Position numbers and translations under genes: made by a program. DNA of 64,000 bases from Paraspadella gotoi. Taxonomy: Eukaryota > Animalia > Chaetognatha. The stretch covers positions 11,201,626 through 11,265,625 of the forward strand of contig CM119270.1 in NCBI GenBank assembly GCA_051294375.1, in the 5' to 3' direction. Of this stretch, positions 1 through 14,157 are shown in pieces. The notes beneath the pieces were generated by a model. That model did not search any database and was not told where the DNA came from. It saw only the letters and a list, made by a program, of their open reading frames with translations. Numbering within the stretch: the stretch's first letter is position 1; each line of letters begins with the position of its first letter.

Positions 1-111
1 CTATAGGGAGGATGAGAGACGGAGAGAGAGACGGAGAGAGAGAGATGACGACGAGAGAGGAGGAGAGAGATAGACGCCCCAGAGCAGCACCTCGCCACGC
101 ACGCCACTCAC

Positions 112-184
112 CGCGCCGAGCGACGCACCCGCAAGCCAGCAACCGCATCGGATGAAGGGAGGGAGAGACGAGAGTCCCCTCCAT
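112..184 (-). CDS. Candidate first coding exon of a gene running off the left edge (MEGTLVSPSLHPMRLLACGCVARR...)
   Basis: AAACATGG start context at 182-184, open 73-nt frame, strong G|GTGAGT donor at 111-106, and a promoter-like motif cluster about 250 bp upstream. No recognisable homology. Confidence 0.3.
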
Positions 185-193
185 GTTTCTTTC

Positions 194-224
<31 letters not shown>

Positions 225-431
225 AAATAACGAGGGGGGCTCCTTTCTTTTTCTTTTCCCATCGCCCGATTTTGGAACATGACACTGAATAACAATTAGG
301 GCACATTTTTGAGTTTATTTTTTTCTTCAACGCGATCCANNNNNNNNNNNNNNNNNNNNNNNNNCTTTTTCTCTCTGACATCGCCGCCGAATCGTTCCCG
401 ATCGTCGAAGATCGAAATCGCGGCGATCGAA

Positions 432-473
432 TGACGTCAGGTCACGTGACGAAGGATGCCCGCGGTCACGTGA
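432..473. promoter_or_regulatory. CRE plus two E-box/CLEAR motifs (promoter-like cluster)
   Basis: TGACGTCA at 432-439, perfect palindrome GTCACGTGAC at 441-450 and GTCACGTGA at 465-473, within a CpG-rich patch. Confidence 0.45.
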
Positions 474-808
474 TCCTTTCCGATCCATTTTTTTTCGACG
501 CCGCGATCCGACGATCCTCACTTTGAGTGACATTTTGCGTATCCGTGTTGAGTGAAGAGAAACGAAAAAAAATGAAACCCACTAAATACCCAGTTTGTAC
601 GATCACACCATCTCGAGATTATCTAGGCTGCTGCTGAGATCCATCCAACTACATTGGTATGTCAGTCGCCTTACTTTTCAGAGTAATCTTCAAGAGCTTC
701 AAATCGAAAAAGTGGTTCAGGGTCAGCCAATATCTTAATGAATGTCCATTGTTTTTTTCATTTTAAATAACGACCTCGCCTTCATGTATAGATCTAGCCA
801 AAAAAAGT

Positions 809-1280
809 TTAATAATTATGATAAAAGCATTTAATTTCGTTATTTGAAGGAAAATAATTCTTTTTAGGCGAGTTTCCTGGCCAAGCTTCAAGCACCTCGA
901 TCCAGTTTTCCTCGTGAAATTTTTGAGGGGCTTTAGCTTTGTATCCAGGAGCTCTATCCTCCATAAAAAGCCGCCCATTCACTGTTGAATGACTGACTCC
1001 TCTTCTCTCCATTTTTTTTAAAAACTGGTTTGCAGAAGCTTTACGGTCTTGAATTGTGAGACTTTCTAGGTCATCGTCCTTGCTCTCCGTAGACACGCAA
1101 AGCCGCCTGCTTCCAACAGCTCGTCCAAGGTTTCCAATTGCTTCAAATTTGTTTACCATTCTGCAGATGGTTGTAAGAGAGAAATGAAACTGTTTGGCGA
1201 TCTTATATCTTGACAAACCTGCTTTCCAAAGCTCAATAATGGTAGCTTTTTTGGGGGTTTATCTGTTTTGAAGTTTCCAT
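809..1280 (-). mobile_element. Degenerate Tc1/mariner-type transposase, N-terminal DNA-binding region
   Basis: METSKQINPQK/(frameshift)ATIIELWKAGLSRYKIAKQFHFSLTTICRMVNKFEAIGNLGRAVGSRRLCVST...VSHSTVNGRL resembles the paired-like HTH + GRPR-like linker + second HTH of Tc1 transposases. It decays before an intact DDE domain. Confidence 0.7.
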
Positions 1281-3981
1281 GGTAAAAAAATATAAAAAAA
1301 TAAAAGACAAAGATAGATACTTTTTTTTGCCAAAAAGAAAATTATAAAACAAAATTTCAACTTCTATAATATTTAGCCTAAAAACCTTGTCGAATACAAT
1401 ATATTTGTTTTGGCTATCAAATGAACCCAAGTNNNNNNNNNNAAAGATAGATACTTTCTTTTTTGCAAAAAAGAAAATTGTAAAAATAAAATTTCGATTT
1501 TTTTTTTTTTAAGTTTTAGCACAACTTGTATAATATTTAGCCTTAAAACCTTGTCGAATACAATATATTTGAACCCAAGTTTTAATTAATAAGACGACAG
1601 ACAAGCGAGNNNNNNNNNNNNNNNNNNNNNNNNNNNNNNNNNNNNNNNNNNNNNNNNNNNNNNNNNNNNNNNNNNNNNNNNNNNNNNNNNNNNNNNNNNN
1701 NNNNNNNNNNNNNNNNNNNNNNNNNNNNNNNNNNNNNNNNNNNNNNNNNNNNNNNNNNNNNNNNNNNNNNNNNNNNNNNNNNNNNNNNNNNNNNNNNNNN
1801 NNNNNNNNNNNNNNNNACAAAAATAAACCTACATATTTCAATGGTGTTTGAGGCTATTTTACTGAAAATATCCTCGACAAAACGTTAAAAACCTAAAGTC
1901 CGAAACAAAATCCCTAAATTCTTTACAATGAACTATTTAGGCGAGAAAAGAGTGCCTGTGGTTTCTTCATACAAAAATCTTACGAGATCCAAGTACGGAA
2001 ATTTGCAAATGAGATTCACGGCGTTTATTCTTTACGCGAAAATCGAGAGAGAGAGAGAGAGCAAGGGAAAAGGCCTGAGAGCCTGTTGCAGTATAAAATG
2101 CACTAAAAAGGCGGATGAAAAAGAGTAAACGCCTCACCTTCCTTTCCTGACCCTCTCAACTCCACCGCCCATTTTCGCCTTAACGAAGCCTCTTCCTCGT
2201 TTTCAAGGAAAATCGGGGAGAGCCCGGCTTCAAAGCCAACGGACTGATGGGCTTGACTGAAAAGATGGACAAAAGGGGCTTTCTCCCCCCCCTCTTACCC
2301 TTTTTCCCTATCATCCCTCTTTAAGGTCATCCATCAGTCCCTCCCCCCCAAACACCCAGCCTACCCACCACCGCCGTCATTTTCTCGTCGTGGACGCCTC
2401 GGACTGCGAGAGAGCGTTCGGCCATCTCCAAATGTATAAGAGGCCGGGGAAAATGGATGCCATCCATCCACGACGCTTTTGAGAAGCGAGGGGGGGGGNN
2501 NNNNNNNNNNNNNNNNNNNNNNNNNNNNNNNNNNNNNNNNNNNNNNNNNNNNNNNNNNNNNNNNNNNNNNNNNNNNNNNNNNNNNNNNNNNNNNNNNNNN
2601 NNNNNNNNNNNNNNNNNNNNNNNNNNNNNNNNNNNNNNNNNNNNNNNNNNNNNNNNNNNNNNNNNNNNNNNNNNNNNNNNNNNNNNNNNNNNNNNNNNNN
2701 NNNNNNNNNNNNNNNNNGAGTGAGAAGCAAAAAACGGGAAGAGTGACAGAAAGGGGGAAGCGAGAAAAAAAAGTGATGCGTCAACTATTTCGTAATTAGC
2801 CATGTAGGTCGAAGAAGATACTACAGAGAATCAGTATTTGAAACAATTTCTTTCTTTATTCAAAAATATCTCTTTTCAATATTTCGATAAAATATTGCAT
2901 TGCTACCTGATGTAGAAACAAACTTTGTTGCAACGTGGGCCATAAAAGTCTGCCAGATATACGAAGGAGTTGACATTAATTATTGAGATTTTTCATCAAC
3001 CTCGCCCATGGCCCAATTGGCCCATGCACACTGCACACATGTCTCTATCCGCAGAGCAGCAAACAAATTCACTGTGTTAATTTTTTTAGTTCCTGGCGCC
3101 ACCACATATTTCACTTATTCAAACCTAATCCGAGAGGAAATCTATGAAGAGCTGAGAATAATCAATGCTACGATTACAAGCAGTAAGATCTTGCATTGTG
3201 ATCAGATTAAAAAGTATATGAATATAAATTTGCATACTGGACAAACTTCAAGTTCCTAAGCTGAGAACCACACCACAGCGTGAATCAGTGAACCGAACTC
3301 AAGTCCCAATCGGTGAATCATGTTTCACGCTTTCTGTAACTCGAGATATGACGTCGATGGTGGCGCGAGGCGGTGGGGGGGGGGGCGATGGCGATGACAT
3401 TCATTCTTCTGATTTGAACGAAATCGCGGCCGGGAATTCGCGCTTGAGAGAACGAGAGAGCGAGAGATCGTGAGAGAGTGAGAGAGATCTGAGTTAATGT
3501 GTGTTACGTGTAGGTTGCCATACGTATTAATTTTTATTATATTCTTTATTATTATAATTATTATTATTATTATTATAATTCGAGTCTTATACCTCAATAC
3601 TCATCTCTGAATAGGGTTTATGTATGAAAAACTAGTCTGTAAACCTTTTTCTCATCTTCTTATGTAGGTTTTTTTTATATACATTCAATTGTCTACGAGC
3701 GGCTATAGGAGATGAGCTCTATTTTACTAATTCCGTCTTCCCTTAAAATGACTCCTGACTTCCCTACCAACTTCTTTCGATTTAATTTAGAGCAAAAAAC
3801 TTTAACTCTTCTCGCTAAATTCGACTTGTCTCCTTTTTTTCTCCATTTTTAGACTAATTTTCGACTTCTCTAACTTTTTTTTTTTCCCCCTCTTTCTTGA
3901 ACTAATCCCTCTCTTAATCTTTAGCTCATGAAATCAACCACATGCCTCCAAGCTGTTTCGAACTGAGGCAGCTTCTAAGGA

Positions 3982-4058
<77 letters not shown>

Positions 4059-4402
4059 CCTTTTTAACGGGGCTCCTTTCTTTACCATTTTGACATTGAC
4101 AGATAATTAGGAATTTTTCACCATAAAACGCAGAGTCAAATAAATACAGATGGATTCGGCGCACCAAGGGCGGAAAGAGTAGGAGGAAAATGAGGAGGAG
4201 GATGAAGAGCAGGAAGAGGAAGAAGAGGAAGAGAAGGCGGCTTGTGCAGTTTTTAAGCCAAGGTGAAGAAATATCTGAAAAAACGAGTGAAGAAATTTAT
4301 AATGAAATCGCTAAAAAAATAAGAGGGAAAAAAACTAAACTGAGAGAGAAGTAACGGAGAAGGAGCAAGAACATCTAAGAGACTGCTTGGATAGAAAGAA
4401 GA

Positions 4403-4466
<64 letters not shown>

Positions 4467-5085
4467 ATTGAGTATAGTGGATGACGAATGGGCTTATGGT
4501 GATGCGAAAATAAGCGAGATAAGTGAAATTTTCAGGAAAATGGAAAAGAGAGAAATCGCGACGTTTTAACGGATTTTATTCCCAGTGAAGTTAATCCCTG
4601 ATGTAATTCTTTTCAATTAATGTTATATGCAGTTTATCCGGGATGTAATGTCTAATCATTGTTTGAAGAAAAAGACAAAGTCAAAGATGGATTTGAAAAT
4701 TATTATTTTCCAAATGAAAACTTTAAAATGCTACGACAGATAGTAATAAAACCTACTGTACTATTAAACAATAAAGCTGCTTAATAAAAAGATTATTAAC
4801 AAGATTTACATTTTGGCCAAAGGGATAAAAACAACAAAAGCTCAAAAAATAAGAAAAAAGAATCAATGAAAGAAGTAATGCAGGAAAAAATTGGAAGTAA
4901 ATAAATAGGAAATAGGAAATAACTAGGAAGTAAATAAGGAAAAGAGGCAGAGATGGAAGGAAAGTAAGGAAAAGAAAAGGAAAGAAAGAAAAAAGAAAGA
5001 AAAAAGTAGGAGAAGAAAAAGTGGGTGAAGGCAATCAGGCGAAAAGGAGTTGACGTGAAGGATGTGATCGCCGCCCTGGTAGAGG

Positions 5086-5086
5086 A

Positions 5087-5159
<73 letters not shown>
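5086..5159. repeat. (GAC)n microsatellite, representative of dozens of SSRs in the window
   Basis: Pure trinucleotide run. Others include (CT)n 5877-5970 and 34170-34290, (ATTT)n 58570-58659, (GAT)n 60133-60197, and (CTTT)n 60997-61080 and 63238-63350. Confidence 0.9.
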
Positions 5160-5236
5160 TTAACTTGGTCGAATCGAGGTGTTGTTGGTTTTGAGCAGAC
5201 ATTTAGTTTTCGGGCTCGGGATTTGGTGTGTGTGAA

Positions 5237-5277
<41 letters not shown>

Positions 5278-5872
5278 GTCAGTGAACCCAATAACTGTGA
5301 GAGCCCTGAGTGAAAGAGAGAAAATAAGGTGACAAAATGTTAAAGTCACCAATGTTTTGGCTCTCAGGTCAGAAGCAAACACAGAATGTGGGGTTTGCAT
5401 GGAAATTATATGAGCTAAGGTTATCAGGGGTTGCTAATTACAAAAATATTGCTTTTAAAATTTAATATTCACGATAACGAGTTGGCCATATTATCAATAG
5501 TTGTCCGAGTGTGGGGGAAAGTTAACTCTGCTCAAAGAGGTGTGTGGTAAGGGGTCGCCAGAGTAGTCGATTAACGCGAATCGAAACAGAAAAAGTGGTT
5601 TCGTCGTCGTCATCGTCGACGTCGTCGTTGCAGTCCATGTACATGGAAAGTCGTTCCGAGAGGTCTTCGATTCGGAATTGCGTTGACTCTGATCTTCAAA
5701 TGGTTTTGCATTTGTACGACTTTCCTAGGACACAGTGAGATCAGTTTATAAGGACTTGACCGTGCGTACGGATCGTTTGAGTAACTTCTGCCCTACGGTG
5801 TAAATTCCCTGATAAGTTTCTATCCATTTTTCGTATACTATGTATATTCTCTACCCTTCATCCTCCCTGCTC

Positions 5873-5975
<103 letters not shown>

Positions 5976-6601
5976 GCCGTCGGATCTTTGGTGGAAGTTT
6001 TACAAATTTCCTTCTTATTCGGTGACTGAGTTTTTGGCTCAGTTCTTGTTGACTGGAAAAAAAAAAATTCCTTCAGACGTTCCTCGAAGGTGGGTGAAAA
6101 TGGGGAGGAGGAGGTGGAGAAAAGTAGGGAAGAGGCGGAAGAAAGAAAGATGGGAATGGGAGAGAAAAAAGGGGAAAATGGAGGAAAAGGGGGGCGAAAG
6201 TAGAAAATAAAGAAAAAGGAGGAACGAGGAACGAAAACAATAAAAGATAACGAAGAAACGGGGAAAGTTAAACGAGAAAATACAAAGAAAATCTTCATTT
6301 CTGAATTTAAAAGGTAAAAATAGAACTAATAAAGAACGATAGAAAGAAAGAGGAAATAAAAAGAGGGAAAATGATTGGAAAACGAGGAACAAGGAACAAG
6401 GAACAAGTATAGTGTGCGATCGAAAAGAAGGGAGGAGGATATGTAAAAAAGAAGGGGGTAAACGAAACAAGACGACGACGACGACGACGCCTCGGAAAGG
6501 CAACGAACCGAAGTCAACTGGGCAACTTGTTTCAGTCAGCTTTGACGGGAGGAAAAGAAGGAAAAAGAAAGCAAAACTCTTTGATAAACTACCGCCTCAA
6601 T

Positions 6602-6638
<37 letters not shown>

Positions 6639-7457
6639 NNNNNNNNNNNNNNNNNNNNNNNNNNNNNNNNNNNNNNNNNNNNNNNNNNNNNNNNNNNNNN
6701 NNNNNNNNNNNNNNNNNNNNNNNNNNNNNNNNNNNNNNNNNNNNNNNNNNNNNNNNNNNNNNNNNNNNNNNNNNNNNNNNNNNNNNNNNNNNNNNNNNNN
6801 NNNNNNNNNNNNNNNNNNNNNNNNNNNNNNNNNNNNNNNNNNNNNNNNNNNNNNNNNNNNNNNNNNNNNNNNNNNNNNNNNNNNNNNNNNNNNNNNNNNN
6901 NNNNNNNNNNNNNNNNNNNNNNNNNNNNNNNNNNNNNNNNNNNNNNNNNNNNNNNNNNNNNNNNNNNNNNNNNNNNNNNNNNNNNNNNNNNNNNNNNNNN
7001 NNNNNNNNNNNNNNNNNNNNNNNNNNNNNNNNNNNNNNNNNNNNNNNNNNNNNNNNNNNNNNNNNNNNNNNNNNNNNNNNNNNNNNNNNNNNNNNNNNNN
7101 NNNNNNNNNNNNNNNNNNNNNNNNNNNNNNNNNNNNNNNNNNNNNNNNNNNNNNNNNNNNNNNNNNNNNNNNNNNNNNNNNNNNNNNNNNNNNNNNNNNN
7201 NNNNNNNNNNNNNNNNNNNNNNNNNNNNNNNNNNNNNNNNNNNNNNNNNNNNNNNNNNNNNNNNNNNNNNNNNNNNNNNNNNNNNNNNNNNNNNNNNNNN
7301 NNNNNNNNNNNNNNNNNGAGAGAGAGAGAGAGAGAGAGAGAGACACGGTTCAGCCTCCAAAAAAATATTTTTTTACGACGCGTATAAATCGCCTTAGTTT
7401 TCTTTTCTTTTTTTCTCTTTCCTTTCCTCCTTTCTTTTCCTTTCTTTTTTTGTGAGC

Positions 7458-7498
<41 letters not shown>

Positions 7499-8098
7499 TG
7501 TTTCTTTTTTCATGGTTTGTTTACGCGGACGTCAAAGCGTCACGAGCGTCACATGCGACGGCAACGCGGAGACGTTTGCATAAAAAAGTGGGGAAAAGGA
7601 GAGTGGAGTGGTTAAGCGATGGAGGAAAGGAAAACTGGGAGAAAAGAAAGTATGTTTATTATTTATTCGCAAGTTTGAATGATAATATAAATGTGAAGAT
7701 ACTGCTGAGTCGGTGATATAGGTTCTTCAATCTTCATGGGACCGGTAGAATAACTAGTCTGTTTTCTATTCTGTAGTAAAGTTGACAATGCGTTTCCGGA
7801 AGTCCGAAACTATCTCTCTCTCTCTCTCTCCCTCTTTCTCTCTCTCTCTCTCTCTCGATTTTTCTCTTCCTCCATAAAGATTAACTTTACAAAAGACGGG
7901 AAAAGGCTAAAAAATGGTGGGCAATGTGTATAAATGAGAGAAGCTGATTCCTCAGTTTTTCGCACCTTTTTTGTCGCCTCTGTGGTTATTGATGTTCTCT
8001 TGTTTATGATGCTCGTATAACTTCTTTTGTGGAAAACGGAATATGACTTTACTCTTTTGCCGTAAACGACATACGGAGAGAGAGAAAGAGAAGGAAAG

Positions 8099-8157
<59 letters not shown>

Positions 8158-8277
8158 TAGGGGGCAATGTCATGTCAGTTGTAAATTTTTTTGAAAAAAT
8201 GAAGGTCACCAACTGGAAATATAAACTTCTAGTTTTCCTATCGGTCCTAATCGTCGTTGACTTGGTCGTCCTCGTTA

Positions 8278-8320
<43 letters not shown>

Positions 8321-11051
8321 GAGTTGCAAAACGAAGCAATCCATCACCCTCTCGTCGCATCTCCGACGCCGGATCCTCTTATCCTCACATNNNNNNNNNN
8401 NNNNNNNNNNNNNNNNNNNNNNNNNNNNNNNNNNNNNNNNNNNNNNNNNNNNNNNNNNNNNNNNNNNNNNNNNNNNNNNNNNNNNNNNNNNNNNNNNNNN
8501 NNNNNNNNNNNNNNNNNNNNNNNNNNNNNNNNNNNNNNNNNNNNNNNNNNNNNNNNNNNNNNNNNNNNNNNNNNNNNNNNNNNNNNNNNNNNNNNNNNNN
8601 NNNNNNNNNNNNNNNNNNNNNNNNNNNNNNNNNNNNNNNNNNNNNNNNNNNNNNNNNNNNNNNNNNNNNNNNNNNNNNNNNNNNNNNNNNNNNNNNNNNN
8701 NNNNNNNNNNNNNNNNNNNNNNNNNNNNNNNNNNNNNNNNNNNNNNNNNNNNNNNNNNNNNNNNNNNNNNNNNNNNNNNNNNNNNNNNNNNNNNNNNNNN
8801 NNNNNNNNNNNNNNNNNNNNGTTAGGAGTGAAAAAGAGGTAGTGAGAGAAATATGTACGAAATGATTAAATAGGGGACTTGAAATAGAAAGATGTAGAGA
8901 AAACAGAAAATAGAATCGAGCTCAAACATAAAAACGCAATCACTTTTTTCCTTCCATTCTCCATAGATTCGTAGTAAGGAGACACCAGTGTAATCATTCC
9001 AAATTTCTACTCTTATCATCGAAAATAAGGAATCCAAGAGACGAACCAACTTTTTACTTTTTTCAATATAGAAGCGACGTATCGCATGTTTTGTGTGTGC
9101 ATTGTCCCTATTTTCGTTTTTCTTTTTTTTTTCAATTTTTCATTTTAGTCATTCTTTTTTTTTCTCTTTTTTTTATTTCCGTCGCGATTTCCTTTCTCCG
9201 ATTTTATTATTAGTTTCGTTGATTCGTTTCTTATCTGTTTCCTCTTTTGTCGCGTTTCATTCGTGTGTCTTTTGTTTCATTTGTCTAATTTTTTTTTTAT
9301 TAATTTTTTTTTGTGTTTTAGCGAAACCTTGTCTTTTTGTCTTTTTTTTTATCTTCTCTGTTTCGATGAGAAACGAAAAAATGAAATTCTGTCACATTTT
9401 ATCTCATCGCATCTCATCGATTCCTCTCATTTTTCAGTCTCAGTTTCACTTTTTTTCCCCTTTTTAATATTTTTGTATTTATTTTTTTTCTCACAGAGTA
9501 AACACATATATCCATTACCATGAAACTAAATCGATGGCCTAATAATTTCATTTAGATAAATACTAAAATTTTCCCGTTTTGTACTATTTAAAGAGCTACA
9601 ATTTCTAGAACTCATCTTTAACAGTAACGCTTCATTCCCCTTTTACTAGAACAATTTGTACTTCTAACAAAATCAATAACCTTTGTATTTTTGGCAGCAC
9701 TCCTCTTATTTCCCCTCTCCCTCTCTTCCTCCCCCTTTCTTTCTTCTCGTCCCTCCGTCTCTCCACCCCCTCACTTTCAACCCTAAACCCCGCCCTAAGA
9801 TGCAGTCGTATTTTTTCAAGTTATGAATTTTTCTTTGGCTGAATTACGACTCCGATTTCCCGACCAAAGCAGGAAAACGACGGTTATTGAATTTCTCCAT
9901 CCCTTTCCTCTTTTTCAAAATCGAGAGAAGAGAGTAAGGAGAGAGAGAGAGAGAGAAGCAGAGAGGAGAGAAGAGAGAGAGAGAGATGAGAGAGAGGAGG
10001 AGAGAGAGAGAGAAGAGAGAGAGAGATATATAGAGAGAGAGAGAGAGGGAGAGGGTTGGACGTTGATTGTTGAAACTCGGAAATATTACCGACATGAAAA
10101 TTCGGCTTTCATTTTCTCCCGACGTTTTTCTCGGCTTGAGGTTGGAAAGACGAGAGTGAGAAGATGAGGGGATGAAAGGAAGAGATAAAATGAGATGAAT
10201 GAGATGAGATGAATGAATGAATGAGGTGAGAGGAATGAAGGGAAAGTATAGATGAAAGAATAGTGTGTGTAAGAATGTAGATATATTATCAATTTCTAAA
10301 TTTTAACAGAAGAACGCTTTTGTTGAAAAATTCCCGACATGATTTTACTGCGCGACTTACCCGAGAACGAAAAGTTAAAGAAAAGTATTTATTGCAAGAA
10401 AAAAAAAACAACAGGAAAAAAAACAAAGGAACATAGCTATTTGAAACTTCTTTCTTTTCCGCGAAACTAAATCCTGTTGAGTCAGCGAAACAAAGAGATA
10501 ACGATACCTCAGACTCGATTTCCTTTCGAAGGAACTTCCTTCTTTCACGAGCGTCTCCAGAATTTTCTGTGGGATTTTTAAGGTTTAAATATTGGCTATG
10601 TTACTTCTTTAAATCTAAATACAGATTGTTCTTTTTTTGCGAGGAAGTGTTCTTTGTGACACTTTGTCTAAGAAGTTGCTTTAGCACTTTCAAGTCATAT
10701 GCATTCAATTGAGAACTCATTGACTTGTGTTTTATTTAGTTCAACGTGTACTATGTGCAACGCAAACCCCATTTCCTAATTATTTTTTCTCTTCCCCAAC
10801 TCAAGTCTTCGCTGTGTCTCGTTCTCCCTCTCTCTTCCCACTCTCTCTCCCTCCCTCTCCCCGTTTTCTCTCCAAAGCTTTGCTCGTAATAATGAACTAA
10901 TGAAAAATCTGTTCTCTTCTCCGGCCTGCCTGAGTTATGGCGAGATTTTTACGGTTTTCCCTTTTTTAGTTATGACAGAAGGGAAAGCCCGCTCTGAATG
11001 GAAATCATGGAGCTCGCTGGGGGGGGAGAGAGACTGAGAAAGTTTTTTTTC

Positions 11052-11108
<57 letters not shown>

Positions 11109-11246
11109 TCTCTCTCCTTCACTCTCTTTTATAGATTTTTTAATCTCTCTCCTTCTTTACTACGAAAAGAGAGAATATGAATTACGATTTGTTAGATAGA
11201 CGCTCATTTACTGAGACTCATTATTATTCCGCACCTCTCTTTCGCT

Positions 11247-11290
<44 letters not shown>

Positions 11291-11421
11291 CCTCCCTCTC
11301 CTTTTTCGAGCTATTCCTGATATTATAACTCAAAAGATGATATTTTTTATATTTTCTTTAAATGTTTTATATTATCTCTTGCACCAGAATTTTACAATAT
11401 TGTAAACTTTTTCATTTTCAG

Positions 11422-12259
11422 TCCCAAATGGACGGCGGTGCAACGAATGGATCTGTTGGAAGCGAACCTGGACGACAAGCTCGTCAAGAAGTAAGTAGTT
11501 TGTTAGCTTCTTCTTAAAGTATTTTACAAAACATGTATTTCTCTGCATTATCTCAATCTGCTCTCAGTCTCTTGGCGAAGCTTTGAATTGACTTCAAATT
11601 TTGTTTTCTTACATCACAACTTGGTTTTTCTTATCCATTCACCCGCGATATGTTCCTTATTCAATTTTCAAAACCCAATTTTTTTTTTTTATGGATAGAA
11701 AGAATATAATAAGAAAAAAATAAGTCAGACCAAGAAAAAGAGAGAGAAAGAGAGAGTGAGAGAAAAAAAGAGAAAGAGAGAGAGAGTGAGAAGGAAAACG
11801 ACCTCAAAAGTTGGAGGAGTTTAAGAAAAGGGCCGGTCATCAATATCTCGGTTTCTATAGACCTTGACGTATTCCAGGAGATTAAGTTAACTCTTTACGC
11901 TAGTAAAAANNNNNNNNNNNNNNNNNNNNNNNNNNNNNNNNNNNNNNNNNNNNNNNNNNNNNNNNNNNNNNNNNNNNNNNNNNNNNNNNNNNNNNNNNNN
12001 NNNNNNNNNNNNNNNNNNNNNNNNNNNNNNNNNNNNNNNNNNNNNNNNNNNNNNNGGACGACAGTTGTTTTTCCATTCGACTTGCCTTCGACTTTGGAAA
12101 AAAGGCCTCCCCCCGGCACTGGGTTCGAAGGGGAAAGAGGGAGAGAGATTTGAGAGGGCCCGGGGGTCGTTAAAAGGGGCCGTCTCCTCGGTTTCCGCAA
12201 TTTCCAGTCAGTCTAAAGCCTAAAGACTCGAAAATTCCTTCTTGATGAATCCGCTTCTC

Positions 12260-12297
<38 letters not shown>

Positions 12298-14123
12298 GTC
12301 TTTCTGTCTTTTTTAGTTTTGCCCTTTTTTTCATCGTTTGGAATTCTATGTCGATAAGAAACTAATGAAACAAATCACCGTTNNNNNNNNNNNNNNNNNN
12401 NNNNNNNNNNNNNNNNNNNNNNNNNNNNNNNNNNNNNNNNNNNNNNNNNNNNNNNNNNNNNNNNNNNNNNNNNNNNNNNNNNNNNNNNNNNNNNNNNNNN
12501 NNNNNNNNNNNNNNNNNNNNNNNNNNNNNNNNNNNNNNNNNNNNNNNNNNNNNNNNNNNNNNNNNNNNNNNNNNNNNNNNNNNNNNNNNNNNNNNNNNNN
12601 NNNNNNNNNNNNNNNNNNNNTTCTTTCGTTCGTTTATTCGTTATTTTTCACTTTGTTCCTTCTCTTTTGTTTTGTTTTTGTTTCTTTTCTCTTTCTTTCT
12701 CATATATCATACTCATACATAGTAGTCGTTTCAAGTTTTTGTTGAGTGTTTAATTCGCCACGAAACGTCACGTGATAGGTAGCTCAACATTTGTTGTTTG
12801 TCGATATCTTTACATATTTTTGTTAGTTCAGTTCAGTTCAAACCATTAGTCATTACTAAACTCATCCATTCATTTAAACTTTTTTTTTCGTGAGCGACTG
12901 AAATCTTAAAAAGTTCGACGTCGAACGTTCAATGTTTCGTATCAATAGTCTTTGTTTCTTTTCGACTTTGCTTTCGGTCCTCATTGTCTTCGACGTTTTG
13001 TTTCTCCGACTTCTAGCGATCTATTGCTATCCCCCCCCNNNNNNNNNNNNNNNNNNNNNNNNNNNNNNNNNNNNNNNNNNNNNNNNNNNNNNNNNNNNNN
13101 NNNNNNNNNNNNNNNNNNNNNNNNNNNNNNNNNNNNNNNNNNNNNNNNNNNNNNNNNNNNNNNNNNNNNNNNNNNNNNNNNNNNNNNNNNNNNNNNNNNN
13201 NNNNNNNNNNNNNNNNNNNNNNNNNNNNNNNNNNNNNNNNNNNNNNNNNNNNNNNNNNNNNNNNNNNNNNNNNNNNNNNNNNNNNNNNNNNNNNNNNNNN
13301 NNNNNNNNNNNNNNNNNNNNNNNNNNNNNNNNNNNNNNNNNNNNNNNNNNNNNNNNNNNNNNNNNNNNNNNNGTTCTTTTTTGCCCGCTTTTCGCACTTT
13401 CCTCCCATATCGTCCCGCACGTCCTTCGCGCTTACCCTCAATCCTCAATCCAACGTTCGCCCTTACCCTAACCCTTACCCATTACCCTATCTCNNNNNNN
13501 NNNNNNNNNNNNNNNNNNNNNNNNNNNNNNNNNNNNNNNNNNNNNNNNNNNNNNNNNNNNNNNNNNNNNNNNNNNNNNNNNNNNNNNNNNNNNNNNNNNN
13601 NNNNNNNNNNNNNNNNNNNNNNNNNNNNNNNNNNNNNNNNNNNNNNNNNNNNNNNNNNNNNNNNNNNNNNNNNNNNNNNNNNNNNNNNNNNNNNNNNNNN
13701 NNNNNNNNNNNNNNNNNNNNNNNNNNNNNNNNNNNNNNNNNNNNNNNNNNNNNNNNNNNNNNNNNNNNNNNNNNNNNNNNNNNNNNNNNNNNNNNNNNNN
13801 NNNNTTTTCACGCAGTTTTTCATCTTCGCCTTCTGATTAGTCCGTCTTAGGCGACTCGTCTTCTTTCATTGGTCCAAGGATGACGCGCCGACGTGGGCGC
13901 CGGACTCTTTTCTCTATACTGATTAGTCTGAAGATGCGTTGTGACCCGACAAAGGGCGGTACTGCTCCGTGATTCGTCGAGTGTTTTAGTTTCAACGCTT
14001 CGGATTGGACAGGAGACTCTTTGGCTTTATAACTTCCATGGACGTACGGATGATGACGATGATAAAAAAAAGGGCTGAAAGAGATGTCAGAGAGAGAGAG
14101 AGAGAAACGTCGACGAAAACGAG

Positions 14124-14157
<34 letters not shown>
